DNA of 64,000 nt, taken from the NCBI GenBank assembly GCA_964252035.1, contig OZ176201.1. One strand, written 5' to 3'. Both the position numbers and the translations under genes were made by a program. The DNA is from Podarcis erhardii (lineage: Eukaryota). Positions 51,263 through 64,000 of the stretch are shown piece after piece (the stretch's first letter is position 1; each line of letters begins with the position of its first letter). Under the pieces are notes generated by a model. The model did no database searches. It was not told the origin of the DNA and was given only the letters and a program-made list of their open reading frames with translations.

Positions 51263-51999
51263 CTAGAAAGGCAAGAGGAAACACAGCATTACATTTAGGC
51301 CATAAGAAAACAATTCCTTTCATGTGCCCATCTTCTACTCTGGTCTCCTATCTGCTCAAGTTTAAACTTGCATTTTAGCTTGTTATTTTACCTTGCTGAT
51401 AAAAATAATATGCTTTGATGCCGAACATCTCCCGCCTGCGAAAACCTATCAGTGTCAGACACTGGTCCAACAATGAGGGTTAATTCAAAAAATAGAGACA
51501 GCCAGCTCCATTTTCACCCTACAGGCTTCCCTCACTCACTTCTAATTAGTTCCTGCCACGCTGCTAAAGTATGGATGATGTCCAGTGGACCCTGTAAATG
51601 AATGGAGATGTTAGCAGCCAATGTGGCGCCCTTCATATGATGTTGGGAATCAACTGCTTACTATTGACCATATTGACTATAACGTGAGTTATAGTCCAGA
51701 AACATTTGAAGTGTATCACTTAGGCAAGCATTAAGTTGTGCTGGGTACAGGGTGTCAAATTTTCTAATATGAGGCTTTTTGATAGACATATGTAGTATGA
51801 TGTGTAATGGTCCAAGAAGGTGCGAGCCCTTGTCAGAAAGGAACTTGTGCAGACTTACGAACGCTAAAATGGGGGATTTTAAGTGCACATTTTGCGTCTA
51901 GGAAATGTGTCATTTGCCACGGTAGCTGCAAAATCGGCAAGAACACTTAGAATCAGGGAAATAAAGGAGCAAAGAAGCAGATTACCATTCCATTAATAC

Positions 52000-52125
52000 C
52001 TGGCCGAGATTATCAAAATTATACTTGTGTCGGACCCATTTGTAGCTGGCTTCTGCACAGTCCGACCTGTTGGTAATGTTCCTTGTGTCTTCCCCTTGGC
52101 AGACAAAAAACTTCCCTTTGAACAA
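52000..52125 (-). CDS. CACNA1G: CACNA1G exon 23 (126 bp): [42 protein letters not shown]
   Basis: Acceptor ttttcacag|TTG, donor CAG|gtatta, 42 codons. Domain III extracellular loop. Confidence 0.97.
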
Positions 52126-55100
52126 CTGTGAAAACCAAGAGATGGCAAAATAATTAGCAAATGTGACTTTACAATGCCCGGTCACTGAGATATGTCTGGA
52201 GGCTTTTGTGTGGGTGCCCCCAACTTCAGACACTTGGCATGTGGTCATCAGGGACAGGTCTTACCTGCCCCATTTAAGCCCTGAGGTCTGGCACCAGGCC
52301 CCCAATGTTTTATTAACACCATCTTTTAGTGAATGGTGCTTTGGTCCTGCTGTTTTTATTTATTTTTATTTGCGGTTTTATGCTGCTGTTTTAATTGATT
52401 TAATTGGTTTTCCTTCTATTTGTGAGCTGCCTTCTGAATAATTAAAAGCTGGGACATTTAAATAAAAACCAACAAAAAGGCCCCCAAATCACCACCCAGG
52501 GAGCAGCAGATAATGGAGCCAGCTCCAAACAGGCCTGACATCTGCATCTGTGCTGGCATGGACATGCCAGGGAACACCAGGGCTGAAGCTAGTCACTACA
52601 GCATCCTTCCTTCTTATTTTTAACAAAATATTTTATAGTTAGGAGGTGGCAAGTCAAGCATGTACTTGGTTACAGATGTTCATTTTATTACTCATTCCTT
52701 AAAGATATATTATCCTTTTCTAGAAGAAACGATGCTTTCCCCCAAGTAAATGTGTTTAGCATGAAGCAGCAAAAGCAAACCCCATTTTATTTCTGTAGCC
52801 ATGATGGTACCATAAAAATGCAAAACTGCACAAGCTCAGAGTATTTCTTTTACCAGGGCTAGCAAACAGGTTTTTCTTTGACTTTGCTCTAACATATTAG
52901 CAATGGAAAAGCAGTTACAAAGCATGGAATTGCCGTGGTGAGAAGAGAAATGTCAACTGTGTGCTTCACAACTAAATGACCATCGCCCTATAAGACTGTG
53001 AAGTCCAGGGTCTAGAGTTACTTAAGGGTCACCACTGACCGAGTGCTGCAGGAAGAAGTCATCAGGATACATGTGAAAATGTCTTCATGATAACATTCAA
53101 AGTTTTAGGAACTGATAGAGGGAAAAGCTAATTATTCAGCATGATTTTTAAGAGTTGGCTTGACAGACTTGGAAGGAGCAAGCCACCAAATCTTCTTCTT
53201 CAAGGGTACTTGGTTGATGGTGGACTACCTCATGATTTCTGCCCATACACAAAATATTGTACCACGTCCAGAATATCTCTCTTTGACAGGGACTGTACAA
53301 CCCAAACAACCTGAATGGTGCAAACAAGGCTGCAAATAACTGCCAGTGGTACCCACACTTTTTATTTGTTTATTATAAATATTTATCTCCCATATTTCCA
53401 TGAGACATGCCCAAGGCTAATTTTTACTACAGAATGTGACTCACTGCAGTTCGGCCCTAATGTACAGGAAGCCTGTAGTATACACAAGCTCATAAACAAT
53501 TGCCCCCAATCCAGTGAAGATTAAGAGCCATGTGTAATTGGAAGCTTCCACATGAGTGGCTGCTCCTAACTGGAAAGAAATTTCGCCTTTCCAATGCATG
53601 TTATACATAATTACCTGGGATCATCCAGCAGTCAGGGCCCTATAAATATCCAAGTAGCACTATAATGTCAATGGTAATTGTGCTGAGCACCTGTTCAGGA
53701 AAGGGAGGTGGCTAGAGTTGGCCTCCTGTCAATCTGCCTCCTTACCAAACAACAACAAACCTTCTTTTGCAAGGCACAACCCTGGTGTCTGTGTATGTCT
53801 ACTGCTAAATCCAGCCCTGGCTATCATTTCCTCACAGTTCTGACAACTTCTGAACTGCTGCTTGGAAATACATTTCCTACCTTGGATTATTATTTAGGTT
53901 ACAAGACAGTATTTGCTTGCTTTTATCCAGTACCAGGGTCCATTTACCCTGCTGACTTCACAGTTATGCCCTTTCATGCTCCTGAAATCACCTTGGGTCT
54001 ACACGTGCATTTGATCAGACAAAGACATTATTCAGTCTACTAGAGGGAGGAATTTTGCACAGACCTTTGCTAGTTAAATCATATACATGGATAAAGAGAT
54101 CAGCTCCTTTTCTAGACCCCAACTGATTCTATACCTCTGCCTGTAAGTAGAATGAAGGAAAGGCCTCCCATCATCACACTTATTCATTCAATCAATCTGT
54201 ATCCTGCCCCTCCTCCCAAAGGAGTCCAACATTTTCTGTGAGATCTCACTCACTCTGTCTAGGACTGCCAGATAAGGGACAGGTGTTCCACATCTGTTAA
54301 AGTGACAGAAGAATTTTGAAAGGTGCCGCTTCTCCTGCTTGTGCAGTCACAGTGGTCGAAATTCTGTGGTGCACACAACCCTTGAAGCATAGGCCTCACA
54401 CTGTATTGTGAATCTGGTGACCCCAAGGCATTGACTTCAACAGCGTCAGATACAATTACCAACTGGGTGAAAGGTATCAAAATCCCAGATGATTAATATT
54501 GTCGCTTTTTCAATGGCAAACAGGAAGCAGCAGAGCGTGACAACTACTATGATGGATGTCAGTGCAGCGGCCTGCATCAGGCTAGGTTGAGACATTTGCA
54601 CTATTTTATTGAGTGACAAAAGTTATTGGCATTATCATGCTTTGCTTCCCTATGGCAAGGTTCGTTTCCCACTGGACTCTTTAAACATCACCTCTTTATT
54701 TGAACTCAAAAAGTGATGCCAAGCGTTTAGGGCTCTGTTTGAGCAAGCCAAACAATAGAGATCAATGCAAACCCATATATTTCATAGGTGGTGACATTTA
54801 ATCTTTTTTTTTTTTTTAACCTAAGAGTACTATACTTGGGGGGTAGAAGTGTTGAAAAGCACAACACTGGATGCATACCAAAGGTTGATGATTTCCCCCA
54901 ACACAGCATTTTCTGAAAGGCTTAGGGACTAGGGGATCTAGCTACACCCTGTACTTTCCATTATTATATTTCATCACCTCTGTCTCCATGACAGGTTAGT
55001 TACTAGTGCCTACTCTACAGCAGTTGAAGCAAATATTGGGAACTGCAGCAAGCAAATATGGGGCATTGCAACCAGCACATTAGGGAAGAGATCAAAACAA

Positions 55101-56392
55101 GATTACTAAATCAGATTTCTGTATCTGGAAAGTGGGAGACTGAAGAGATAAAACTTTCGGTAAATGCTCAGGATGACTTCCCCCCCAAAAAATAAAAAAT
55201 CAAAAAATAATAATAATCAGACGTTTTATAGTTATAGTGATATAATACATATTCCAACCTATACATCAAGGCATAGCTCTATAAATAAAATATGAAGAGA
55301 ACAAATGGGACCACTGGATATTACTAAGCCATTATAAACTGTGCAATTGATTAAGAAACAAATCACTTGCAATACTACATCAAAGCTGCTAAATGTATCT
55401 TGGAGAGGCTTAGTAGGTTTTCATTCAATGTTTGGGTTGGAAGGAATTTTCATTTGTATTCTACTAGTTAGTGGCCTGATTCTCCCCCCCCCCAATAGTG
55501 TGTAGAGACTTGTTTGTCTGAGAGCTGCTTCACAAGTTCTTTAGCATGTTTCTTACCACGCATGTACATGCAACAGGGAGCTTACAGGCCAAGGAAACAG
55601 AATCTCAGGCCCAGGGACCAAATGTGGGCTCTGTTTGGACCTTGGGGTTCCCCCCAACCCATGCACCCCGTCACCAGTCTCATCATGGAGTGTTTCCGCC
55701 TGTCTAGAATAAACCCTTGGACTCTGACTATGCCTCTTGGCTGGATGGAGGACACAGACTAGACAAGAGGCAAAATTCACATGTATTGTTCTGCACACTT
55801 TGTCTCTGCCCATTGGCATGTGGGCCCTGTGTCTACTCTGCTAGGCGTGACTGAAGAGACAGCAGGAGTTACTGCGCAGAGGAAACGTGCCGGACGCTGT
55901 AAAGAGCTAATTTGGATCGTAAACAAATTAGCAGGTCACGCCCTAATCAATAAATCGCACAGGCCCCTGGAAGGTTGCGCAGAAGGGAATGCAAGCCCTC
56001 AGGCTCTGAAAAGGGTAACCATCCATTATAGGTTACCAGCCCCCTCCCTCCAAATGTGCTACAGTGATGCTGAAAACACACTTTTGCTTAATGAAACTCA
56101 CAGCAGAATGCACAAAAAGTGTACATTTCCTACAATAGAGATACAAAACGGTTTTGCAGCTAAAATCAAATATTTTGACTGCATTTCTAGAAAAAAGTAA
56201 TTTGTGAAGCAGCTCTGAAACACATGGACTTATTATTTGTTCTATAAGCACTCGTGGAATCTTGCACCTTTCCAGAGGCATATATGGTTGTGAGAGTCTG
56301 TGTATAGGAAAGTCTCCAATTCCATGTGGTGAATTTGAGCACATGGACCGCCTGGTCTATTCTACTTTCAGTGAATCCTGTGCAAAGCCTAC

Positions 56393-56519
56393 CTGGACTC
56401 CCAAGATACCAAAAATGATGAAGAAAGCACAGCAGATGACAACAATGTTTCCAATGGGTTTTAGGGATGACATCAGGGTTTCCACCACCAGCTTCAGCCC
56501 TTGTGCTCGGCTAATGACC
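56393..56519 (-). CDS. CACNA1G: CACNA1G exon 22 (127 bp), domain III S4-S5 linker and S5: (R)[42 protein letters not shown]
   Basis: Acceptor ttgtctttcag|G at 56519, donor CAG|gtaggc at 56393. The peptide is the T-type channel III S4-S5/S5 signature and the phase (2 to 0) joins exon 23. Confidence 0.96.
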
Positions 56520-56933
56520 CTGAAAGACAAAACTAGCATGTTAATAGCATCCTAACAACATATCTTTCTTCATTCAAAGGGAGTGGGGAAAAGGTAAGTT
56601 GAAGTAGCAGCTAGCTCAAATACAGGAACTTTAAAGAAATAAAATGACTCCAATCTGAAAAGGTAAAATGGAACTGAAAATGTGCATTTGGAAGAGCACT
56701 TGTGTGAATTACAGGATTTTTGTGCTTTTACACAACACACTTATCCCATAGAGATATAAACACAGCAGCATAAATGGGACATCTGAATAGTATTGTCATT
56801 TTACAACGACCAATTTGTGGCATTTCACCTTAAAACATCTATGTATTTTTGCCATGCTTTCTTCCACACTGCTGTAATAAACCCTGTGCTTTATACGATT
56901 GTAATGGCCGCTTACCGTCTTGCAGGAGAGTGG

Positions 56934-57714
56934 CGGTTGTGGCCTAACGCGGTGCCTCCTCTCCCCCCAGGACATGCAGCCCCTTTTTAGATTGTTTCCC
57001 TGTCCCCTCTGGCCACTGCGAAAGCTCACAGGTTCCCACCTAACCTGTCCTTCAAATGAGCCAATCCGCAGCGGCCCGGGGAGGGTTGGCCATCTACTTA
57101 GCCTGGCCGACCACTCAGCACAGCATCCAGTTGGCCAGGAGTGTCACCCACCCTTCCTCTCCCTTCATTAATAGTTGATTACTGCTCTAACCATTTCTTT
57201 TCAGCTAGCTGAGCTTTGCTGTGGTCTTTTGGCGGTTGCTGTATTCGGAGCCGGGAAGCAATTTCTCCTGCTCGGCAGGTTTCACCTTCCCCATAGCACA
57301 ACTTTGCCAGTTTAGGCCTTGGGCGGAATCCTATAGTCTTTCATCCAGTTGGGGTGTGGTGAAGTGGTGACTCATCCACCCCCTGTTCCCTGGGGTGGTG
57401 TTAACAGGGTACCCTGTTAAACGGGTCTAGAAGGAAGTCTCTGTCCAAAGAGCAAAGTGTGTAGGGCTAGCAGGCCATAGAGCTTCCCTCAGCGTTTGGG
57501 GGCCATTTGCGTAAATCTGCGTTTTGCGATGGATCCACCCCTGAATAGATCCTGTCTTGCCTCAGTTCCCGAGCAAGGGGGGCAGGGCTGAGAGGGATAC
57601 ACACCCAATGCCTATGCCAAAGCTTCCTACATCTGAAATCAATAAAGTTGTGGCCGTTTAAATCTCAGACGATTGTTGTGTCCATTCATTTTACCACTCA
57701 GCAGCTAGACGCAC
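56934..57714. mobile_element. CpG-rich approx. 0.8-kb repeat-like insertion, class unresolved
   Basis: Abrupt GC/CpG rise, AATAAA near the right end, and an 11-bp direct repeat CAGGAGAGTGG at 56923-56933 and 57715-57725. Confidence 0.45.
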
Positions 57715-58209
57715 CAGGAGAGTGGACTCTGTGGCTGAGCACACAACCAGTCTTCCAAACAGCCATAGAAATGTGAAGCTAGATGTAAAGAAAGAGCTGT
57801 GGCTGAATTTGGGTTATCACTGAATATGGGGATGCATCTTTGCTACCACAATGATTAAAAAAAATATTACAACAGTGAATGAGATGGGTATTCTGAAGCA
57901 AATGACAGCTTAGGATTCTCAGAGTACCCATGGGATAATTTTTGAGAGAGAGCTTTCAAGATGCCTTTAGCTTGAATATTTAAATGCACTGTAATGGAGA
58001 AAGGACGTAAGTTATCAAGAGCTGTGACTGCAACATACATTCTTCCCCTTATGGCCCCTGATGACCAGAACAGTTGACCAAAACTCCAGTTTCTGCAAAA
58101 GATGAGGAAAAGTCTATGGTATAATGATGCCAATTAAGGGCATTGGCCTACAGATTCTGGTATCAGACAATTGAGATACTGCCCTGAGATCTTGTGATGA
58201 AGGGAGGTA

Positions 58210-58451
58210 CAGTGGTACCTCAGGTTAAGTACTTAATTCGTTCCGGAGGTCCGTACTTAACCTGAAACTGTTCTTAACCTGAAGCACCACTTTAGCTAAT
58301 GGGGCCTCCTCCTGCTGCCGCGCCGCCGGAGCACAATTTCTGTTCTCATCCTGAAGCAAAGTTCTTAACCTGAAGCACTATTTCTGGGTTAGTGGAGTCT
58401 GTAACCTGAAGCGTATGTAACCTAAAGCGTATGTAACCCAAGGTACCACTG
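58210..58451. mobile_element. Tc1/mariner MITE, family A
   Basis: TA|CAGTGGTACCT...AGGTACCACTG|TA. Confidence 0.88.
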
Positions 58452-60924
58452 TATATAAATCTAATAAAAATAAATAAAATAGATTTATTTGTGTGTGTGC
58501 TGAATTCAGTTGCCTGTGATGTATCCTGTCAACATGTCTTTAATTTTGCTCAACATTTAAAAATACAGCAGTAGCCTCAGTAGCGCTTCCCTGGAAACCC
58601 CATGCTACTTGGCTGAGAAATTAAACTGTATCCCGTTTGACCTCACGGGTAACAATCTAAGCTCCTGTAAACAGAGTCTGGCACTTTATAACCCGACATC
58701 ATTCTTCAGATGTAGGCCCTTGGACAATGGCTCACTTCTGCAAGAAGTTTGAATGTATAGTTTTAATCTAACTCACTGTCACTTGTGGCCTTATTTCCTG
58801 ACTGGGATTTCTGAACATTGCTACCCATTTGGAGAAAATCTCTATGTATTCTGCTCTTCGGCAAAGCTTCAGCAGTTTGTATTTTTTTCTGAATACACTG
58901 TTATCATTCACATTCTCAAGGTAAAAAGCAAAGATATTTACTTATATTTCTGCTGGTTCCACCAAAAAGGTATCCTTAAATTGATTCAGTGGGGAAATTT
59001 TCTCTTTTTTTGGCCAGTAATAGACAGGGCCAAATCCAGAAGGGGATGGGACCAAGACCACACACACCAATTAATCTACACAGTCCTCCCACTTCACACA
59101 TCTCTACACCAACACACACACACTCATTTACTCACATCCATTTATCCCCACACTCCCTCCTCTCATACACATCTCTTGCGTTTCCTTTGCTGTGCGTGTT
59201 ATGGTCTGTTTCTGCACCACCAGCTTGTCCCTGTCCTCTGTTTCACACAGAAGTAGCCAAGAAGGAGAAATGGGCTTTGGACGGAGTGGGGCTGCAGGAG
59301 AGACCAACCAGCTATATGGGGAGGCCTGGCAGGCCATGCTTGGATTGTGCACCAGAGATTCCCCACCCCAATTTTAATGGATCCACTTTATTTCTTGCAG
59401 ATTCGTAGCATGACACTGTCCCTGAAAAAGTGACAGCACCATTATAAATGCACAGTTGGCTTTATGATTTTCAGGGGCCCTGGGTAAGAGACCATCAGTA
59501 AGCCCTGTTAGGCACTGAGCCATAGAGTGTGGAATTTATAAATGGAGAGCACCCCAGAATAATCTAATCAAATTCCTGGAATAAGTGTCATCCCCACAAA
59601 TTTCTCTGGAGCATAAAAGTGCCTTAATACCAAATCAGGCATTGGCCCATTGGTCTGTAGGACTGCCATATACCTGAGATCTTCTTCACCACATGGAGTA
59701 TATGCTATCCTAGCCCTTCACTCTCCAAAGAGCATAGTGGAATAACATATCTCCACAGGCTTCACCTTCCACATCTGTGCAGAGCAACTAAAAGTCAGCT
59801 TATCATTCTCCATGTGGATGACTTCTAATTCTTATAGAACCCCCTCTTTTTTGCTGAAGAAAGAGGTACAAAAGCTTTAAGAAAATAGTTGTCTTTTATA
59901 AGTAGCTTTAAATTCTATATCCAATGATAACAGCAATTCCATGTGTTAGCTTTTGTTTTGTTTGTTCATAACACTGTTGCTTAAAATCCTTTTGCTCTTA
60001 ACTTTCCTACCTCCATTCTGTCATATACATTCCAATGTCCCTGAGTTGAAACTCACTCAGGAAGCCTTGATTGGGACTTTGCACAACTACCACACTAATC
60101 AGTGACCTTCAGTGATGCAGCATCACTCCTGAATACGGCACAAAATTCCATAACTGCAAATTAGAGTATACTGCTGCAATTGGAGAGTGAGCAAGCAATC
60201 GATATGTGAGACAGATGCAAGCAGGAAAACAAAGCAGCTAGAATTACTGCACTGCCTTACCAAGGACAAGTTTTACCAAGGGCAGAACTTTACCAAGAGA
60301 ATTAAGAAGAAGCTTGCTTGCCTTATGTTAGCTACCAAGTCCTTAAGCAATGTCCCCCTAAAAAAAATTTGACCAAAGCAGCTTGTCATGCTTAACAAGC
60401 TGGGAGTAAAGTCTTAAGAATGGATGTGGACATACAGAGTGAACAGTAGTTAGTACAAGTACTCTGTTTTACTATTTAGTGTACACTGCATTTGTAAACG
60501 AACATAAACTGTCCTTTGTGGGTGTACACTAAAACAAGTGTAGAGTGAATGTTGTAAAAGCATGGCTCTGAAGCCTTGCTGGAAGTTTTAGTGAACATTT
60601 TTCTTTGGTCTCATTAAGTGCATCCAAGAAGACCCACTTGCCACCCTTGCACAGTCCACCCAATGCATGAAAACCACCTGGACATGAAAAAATTAGAATA
60701 TCATATTGTGCTTTCCTTCATTTTCTCCCAAGGCTGCTTCCCATATTTTGAGTGCATTCCAAAAGTGTTCACTGTGAGTGGGAAAAGCTTTCCTGCAGAC
60801 ATAGCCTTCCCTTTATCCCTTTATCCTAAGCAACCATCCTAGTCCTCAGCTTAGTGTGCTCTGCACAGGCAGCTCCCATCCATGTACGCAGCTCCACTTT
60901 CAAGATCAGCAATAAACTAGCATT

Positions 60925-61790
60925 CCTGCCTATTTATTTTAGTTACTTTATACCATGCAGTTCAAAGAAACTTCCCAGGAGCAGATTATAATCAAAACAG
61001 AAATAAAATAATACCATAGAAAAGAATAACAGGTATACAATAAAAACAAGAACAGAAGCTAAAAGAGCAGGTTACAGAACAGTATAAATACCAAAAACTT
61101 GAAATAAAACCCAGTTAAAATGCCTGGGAGAATAAAAATGATGCCAGTAGGTACCAGGCAAGTTTTTGTTTTTTCCCCTGGAGAGAGAATTCTACAACCA
61201 GGGCACCACCACCAAGCAGACCCTTTTCCTTGTCACCTCCCACTGAATCTGTGATGGCAGGGCCATCCAAAAGTGATGGCCTTCGAAAATGACCTTGACT
61301 GCTAAAGAAGAATAAGATTCATCATGCAACTTGGACCTAAGCCATTAAGGGCTTTAGGAGTTAAGAACTTAACTGAACTCAGAACAAGACAAGGATCCAG
61401 TGCAATTAACGAAGCACTGGCATTTTGTGATCATTGCATCTGGTTCTAGTTAGCAATCTAGCAGCTGTATTTTGAACTAATGGTACTTTCCAAACTCTTT
61501 TCAAAGGCAGCCCCACATATAACACATTACCGAAGTCTAACCTGGAGGTTACCAAAACATGGATGACTGAGGCTCAGCTATCTCTATCCAGAAAGGATCG
61601 GAGTTGGCATGCCAGCTGCATCTGGTAGAAGGCATTCTATGCGACTGTGGTCAACTGTGTCTCCAGCGACAAAGCAGGATCTAGGCGCAACCCATACATT
61701 CCTCCTATAGTGGGAGTGCCACCCTACCTGGACAAGAGTCACTATCTTTGGAGTAATGGGCAGCATCACACTTGAACACTAGCTTAGAGC
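60925..61790 (-). mobile_element. L2-clade LINE, decayed 3' portion
   Basis: Resembles recalled squamate L2 RT and 3' sequence; A-rich tail region at the left. Boundaries approximate. Confidence 0.5.
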
Positions 61791-63406
61791 TGGGACTGGA
61801 AGTCTCCCCCCCCCCATTCTATCCTTAGCTCAAGGATGGGGAAATGGTGGACATCCATATGTTGTAGGACTCCAACTCCTATCATCCCTGACCACTTGCT
61901 ATGTTGGCTGGGACTCATGGGAGTTGAACAACATCCAGAGAACCAAAGGTTTCCCATTCCTGCCTAAATCAGCTAAGTCCACAACTAATTGGTACTCCAT
62001 ATATAAAAGCAGCCCTGACCCAGGCAATGTTGCAGCAATTGTCCTTAATCCTTCACTAGGGTTCTCTCCCTTTTCCTTCAGGTATTTTACCTTACAAGGC
62101 CCTCCAGGCTGTGCTCTTCCCATTTTCCTTTGTCCTCCCCTTACTGTCCCAGTGGTTGAGGGCTGCACTCTCCTTTGCCAGCCCTTTGCTTCCAGGTCTT
62201 ATTAGAGTAGCTCCAGTTGAGGGTCTTCATTTCATGTCTCCCTCTGAGAATTCTGCACAATGTCTCCTTCCTCCTCTTCTCATCTTTTTTATATTAAAAA
62301 ACCCTGTTTGTCACACTCACCTCTGATATGCCTACTCATTTTTAGCTGGAGCCAATCACAAGTCAGTCTTCAATCACCAGAGTACTCCTGCTAATAAAAT
62401 TAGTCATGCTTAACACTAGGTGTGATCTGTAGTGTTCTAGTGAACTATTTAAAGCAGGTATGTCCCTAAACGCTGGAAGCAGGAAACTACAACACAGATT
62501 TTATTGCTCGCCACTGCCTCTCACTAAATCCCCGTGTACAATAATAGAAATATCACTTTCCAATATCCATTATTTTCCCCGAGCAATTAGAACAAGAATT
62601 TACACAGACGACTGCTTTTGCTTTTTGTTAATAATAGAATGTTGTATTCTCTTCATTTTTTTTTTAAAAGGAAGCAGATGGATGATCTTTATATAACTCC
62701 TCCAGCAAATAAACATACCACATACATACAGCGAATGGATAGCTTTCTGCAAGCCTAGTCCAGGTAGAGGTTAATATGGATGTGCGTGTGGCCGTGGTGT
62801 GATGGCCACCAAGGATGTGAGCCATGTGTGCCCTGCCACATGGCAAACCTTGTGTAAAGCCTTGGACACATAGTTCCTGGCCAACAAAGCTTGCACAACC
62901 TCCAAGGCTTTGCTGGCGCGGTTAAAACTGGCTTGAATCACAAGGGCAGCGCTTCACACAAACGACATACCATGTGGAGAAGTGCCCATATGGTTTGCAT
63001 CCGTTGCGGACACCACATCACAGAGTGCATGTATGAAGTGGCGCCTCTTTGGATAAAAAGGGAGGCGTGTTTGTCTAAGCTGTTTCCTTTTGGTAGCAAA
63101 GAGTACAGTTACACTTGGTGCTAGGGTGGGGGCAGATTTGGATGTGCGCAGGCATGTTTTGATGAAAGATTTCTACAAGCTGGACAGGGATTCTTCTGTC
63201 ATTCCCTTGGCTCCCCCCTCTTGTCTGCTTCACCATTTCCCCACCAGATCTACGTTCTTCTATATTTTTCGTTGGCGTGGGAAGGGTGTGTGTGTGCAAA
63301 TTCCTTGAAGTAGACTATATAATGAAAAACAATCACATCCAAATGTTGCAATATGCATTATGTAAGTTGCAACAATCACATCCAAATGTTGCAATATGCA
63401 TTATGT

Positions 63407-64000
63407 AAGTCAGTGATGGTACAGTGGGCGAGGGATTTGGGGTATAACATTCAAATGGAAGACTGGGAAAAACTCTGGAAAGTGAATATAAAATTCACAG
63501 CCTGTATGTTGCTCAGGGAAAATGTGATGAAGATGCAGTACAGGTGGTATCTGACACCCGTAAAATTGGCAAAGATGTATGGGGCAGACAACAAGTGCTG
63601 GAAATGCAAACAGAAGGAAGGGACATTTTACCATCTATGGTGGGAATGTAAGAAAGTTAAAAGTTTCTGGGAGGAAGTGTATAACGAACTGAAAAAGATG
63701 TTAGGTTATACTTTTGTTAAAAAACCAGAGGCCTTCTTACTCTGTATCCTGGGAAAAGATATTAGGAGAAAGGATTTCAAAATTTTTCTGTACGCGGTCA
63801 CGGCGGCTAGAACCGTGCTTGCTCAGAGATGGAAACAGGAAGAAATGCCAACGGTGGCAGAGTGGAGAGTAAAATTAACAGAATATGCTGAGTTGGACAA
63901 ACTAACAGGGAAAGTTAGATATTTAAAAGATCAAAACTTTATTGAAGACTGGGGTAAATTCGTAAGTTATCTGGAGAATAAATGTTCAGTTAATACAACG
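63407..64000 (+). mobile_element. L1-clade LINE ORF2 C-terminal fragment, 5'-truncated, running off the window
   Basis: Stop-free frame from 63416: MVQWARDLGY...RWYLTP...CWKC...GTFYHLWWEC...DWGKFVSYL, including the CCHC zinc knuckle. Absent from the ORF track, probably because it has no stop in the window. Confidence 0.88.

Noticed and set aside
3758-56519. Assignment to CACNA1H or CACNA1I
   Set aside because: SKEKQMA, the LMLDDVI exon, [12 protein letters not shown], exons 34/35 and the C-terminal DP* are all Cav3.1-specific as recalled.
62350-62460. CCAAT box plus TATA-like TATTTAAA as an antisense promoter
   Set aside because: These short motifs are expected by chance, their spacing is unremarkable, and there is no supporting downstream structure.
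56520-63327. Upstream CACNA1G exon 21 (domain III S2-S4)
   Set aside because: No VVALG/WNVLD/LRTLRPL-coding sequence was found on the minus strand, so it must lie beyond the window.
1-64000. The approx. 140 other 60-170 aa ORFs in the track as independent genes
   Set aside because: They show no recognisable domains or splice-consistent structure. They overlap repeats, low-complexity DNA or the antisense strand of CACNA1G exons (e.g. 50684..50998, 56262..56555, 24566..24757).

Overview
Vertebrate genomic DNA, most likely from a lacertid lizard (inferred from a Sauria SINE and squamate-type MITEs, SINEs and LINEs). The window holds the 3' half of the T-type voltage-gated calcium channel gene CACNA1G (Cav3.1) on the minus strand. 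I mapped 17 coding exons with GT-AG boundaries and consistent phases (exons 22-38, human numbering recalled from memory), running from domain III S4-S5 to the stop codon at 3758-3760, followed by an approx. 600-nt 3'UTR. The exons known to be alternative in mammals are present: the alternative exon-25 donor (SKEKQMA), exon 26, exons 34 and 35, and the internal exon-38B donor. Most are missing from the ORF track. The introns contain many transposable elements, several with intact TIRs and TSDs. The most unusual structures are a 146-bp spacer-less palindrome from a Penelope-like element, a truncated L1 flanked by a 163-bp direct repeat, a MITE sitting at the centre of a 38-bp palindrome, a 246-nt AG-free zone upstream of exon 34, and an L1 ORF2 fragment with no stops at the right edge. 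I found no second gene and no support for a wholly novel biological system. All cross-species comparisons are from memory and need alignment.
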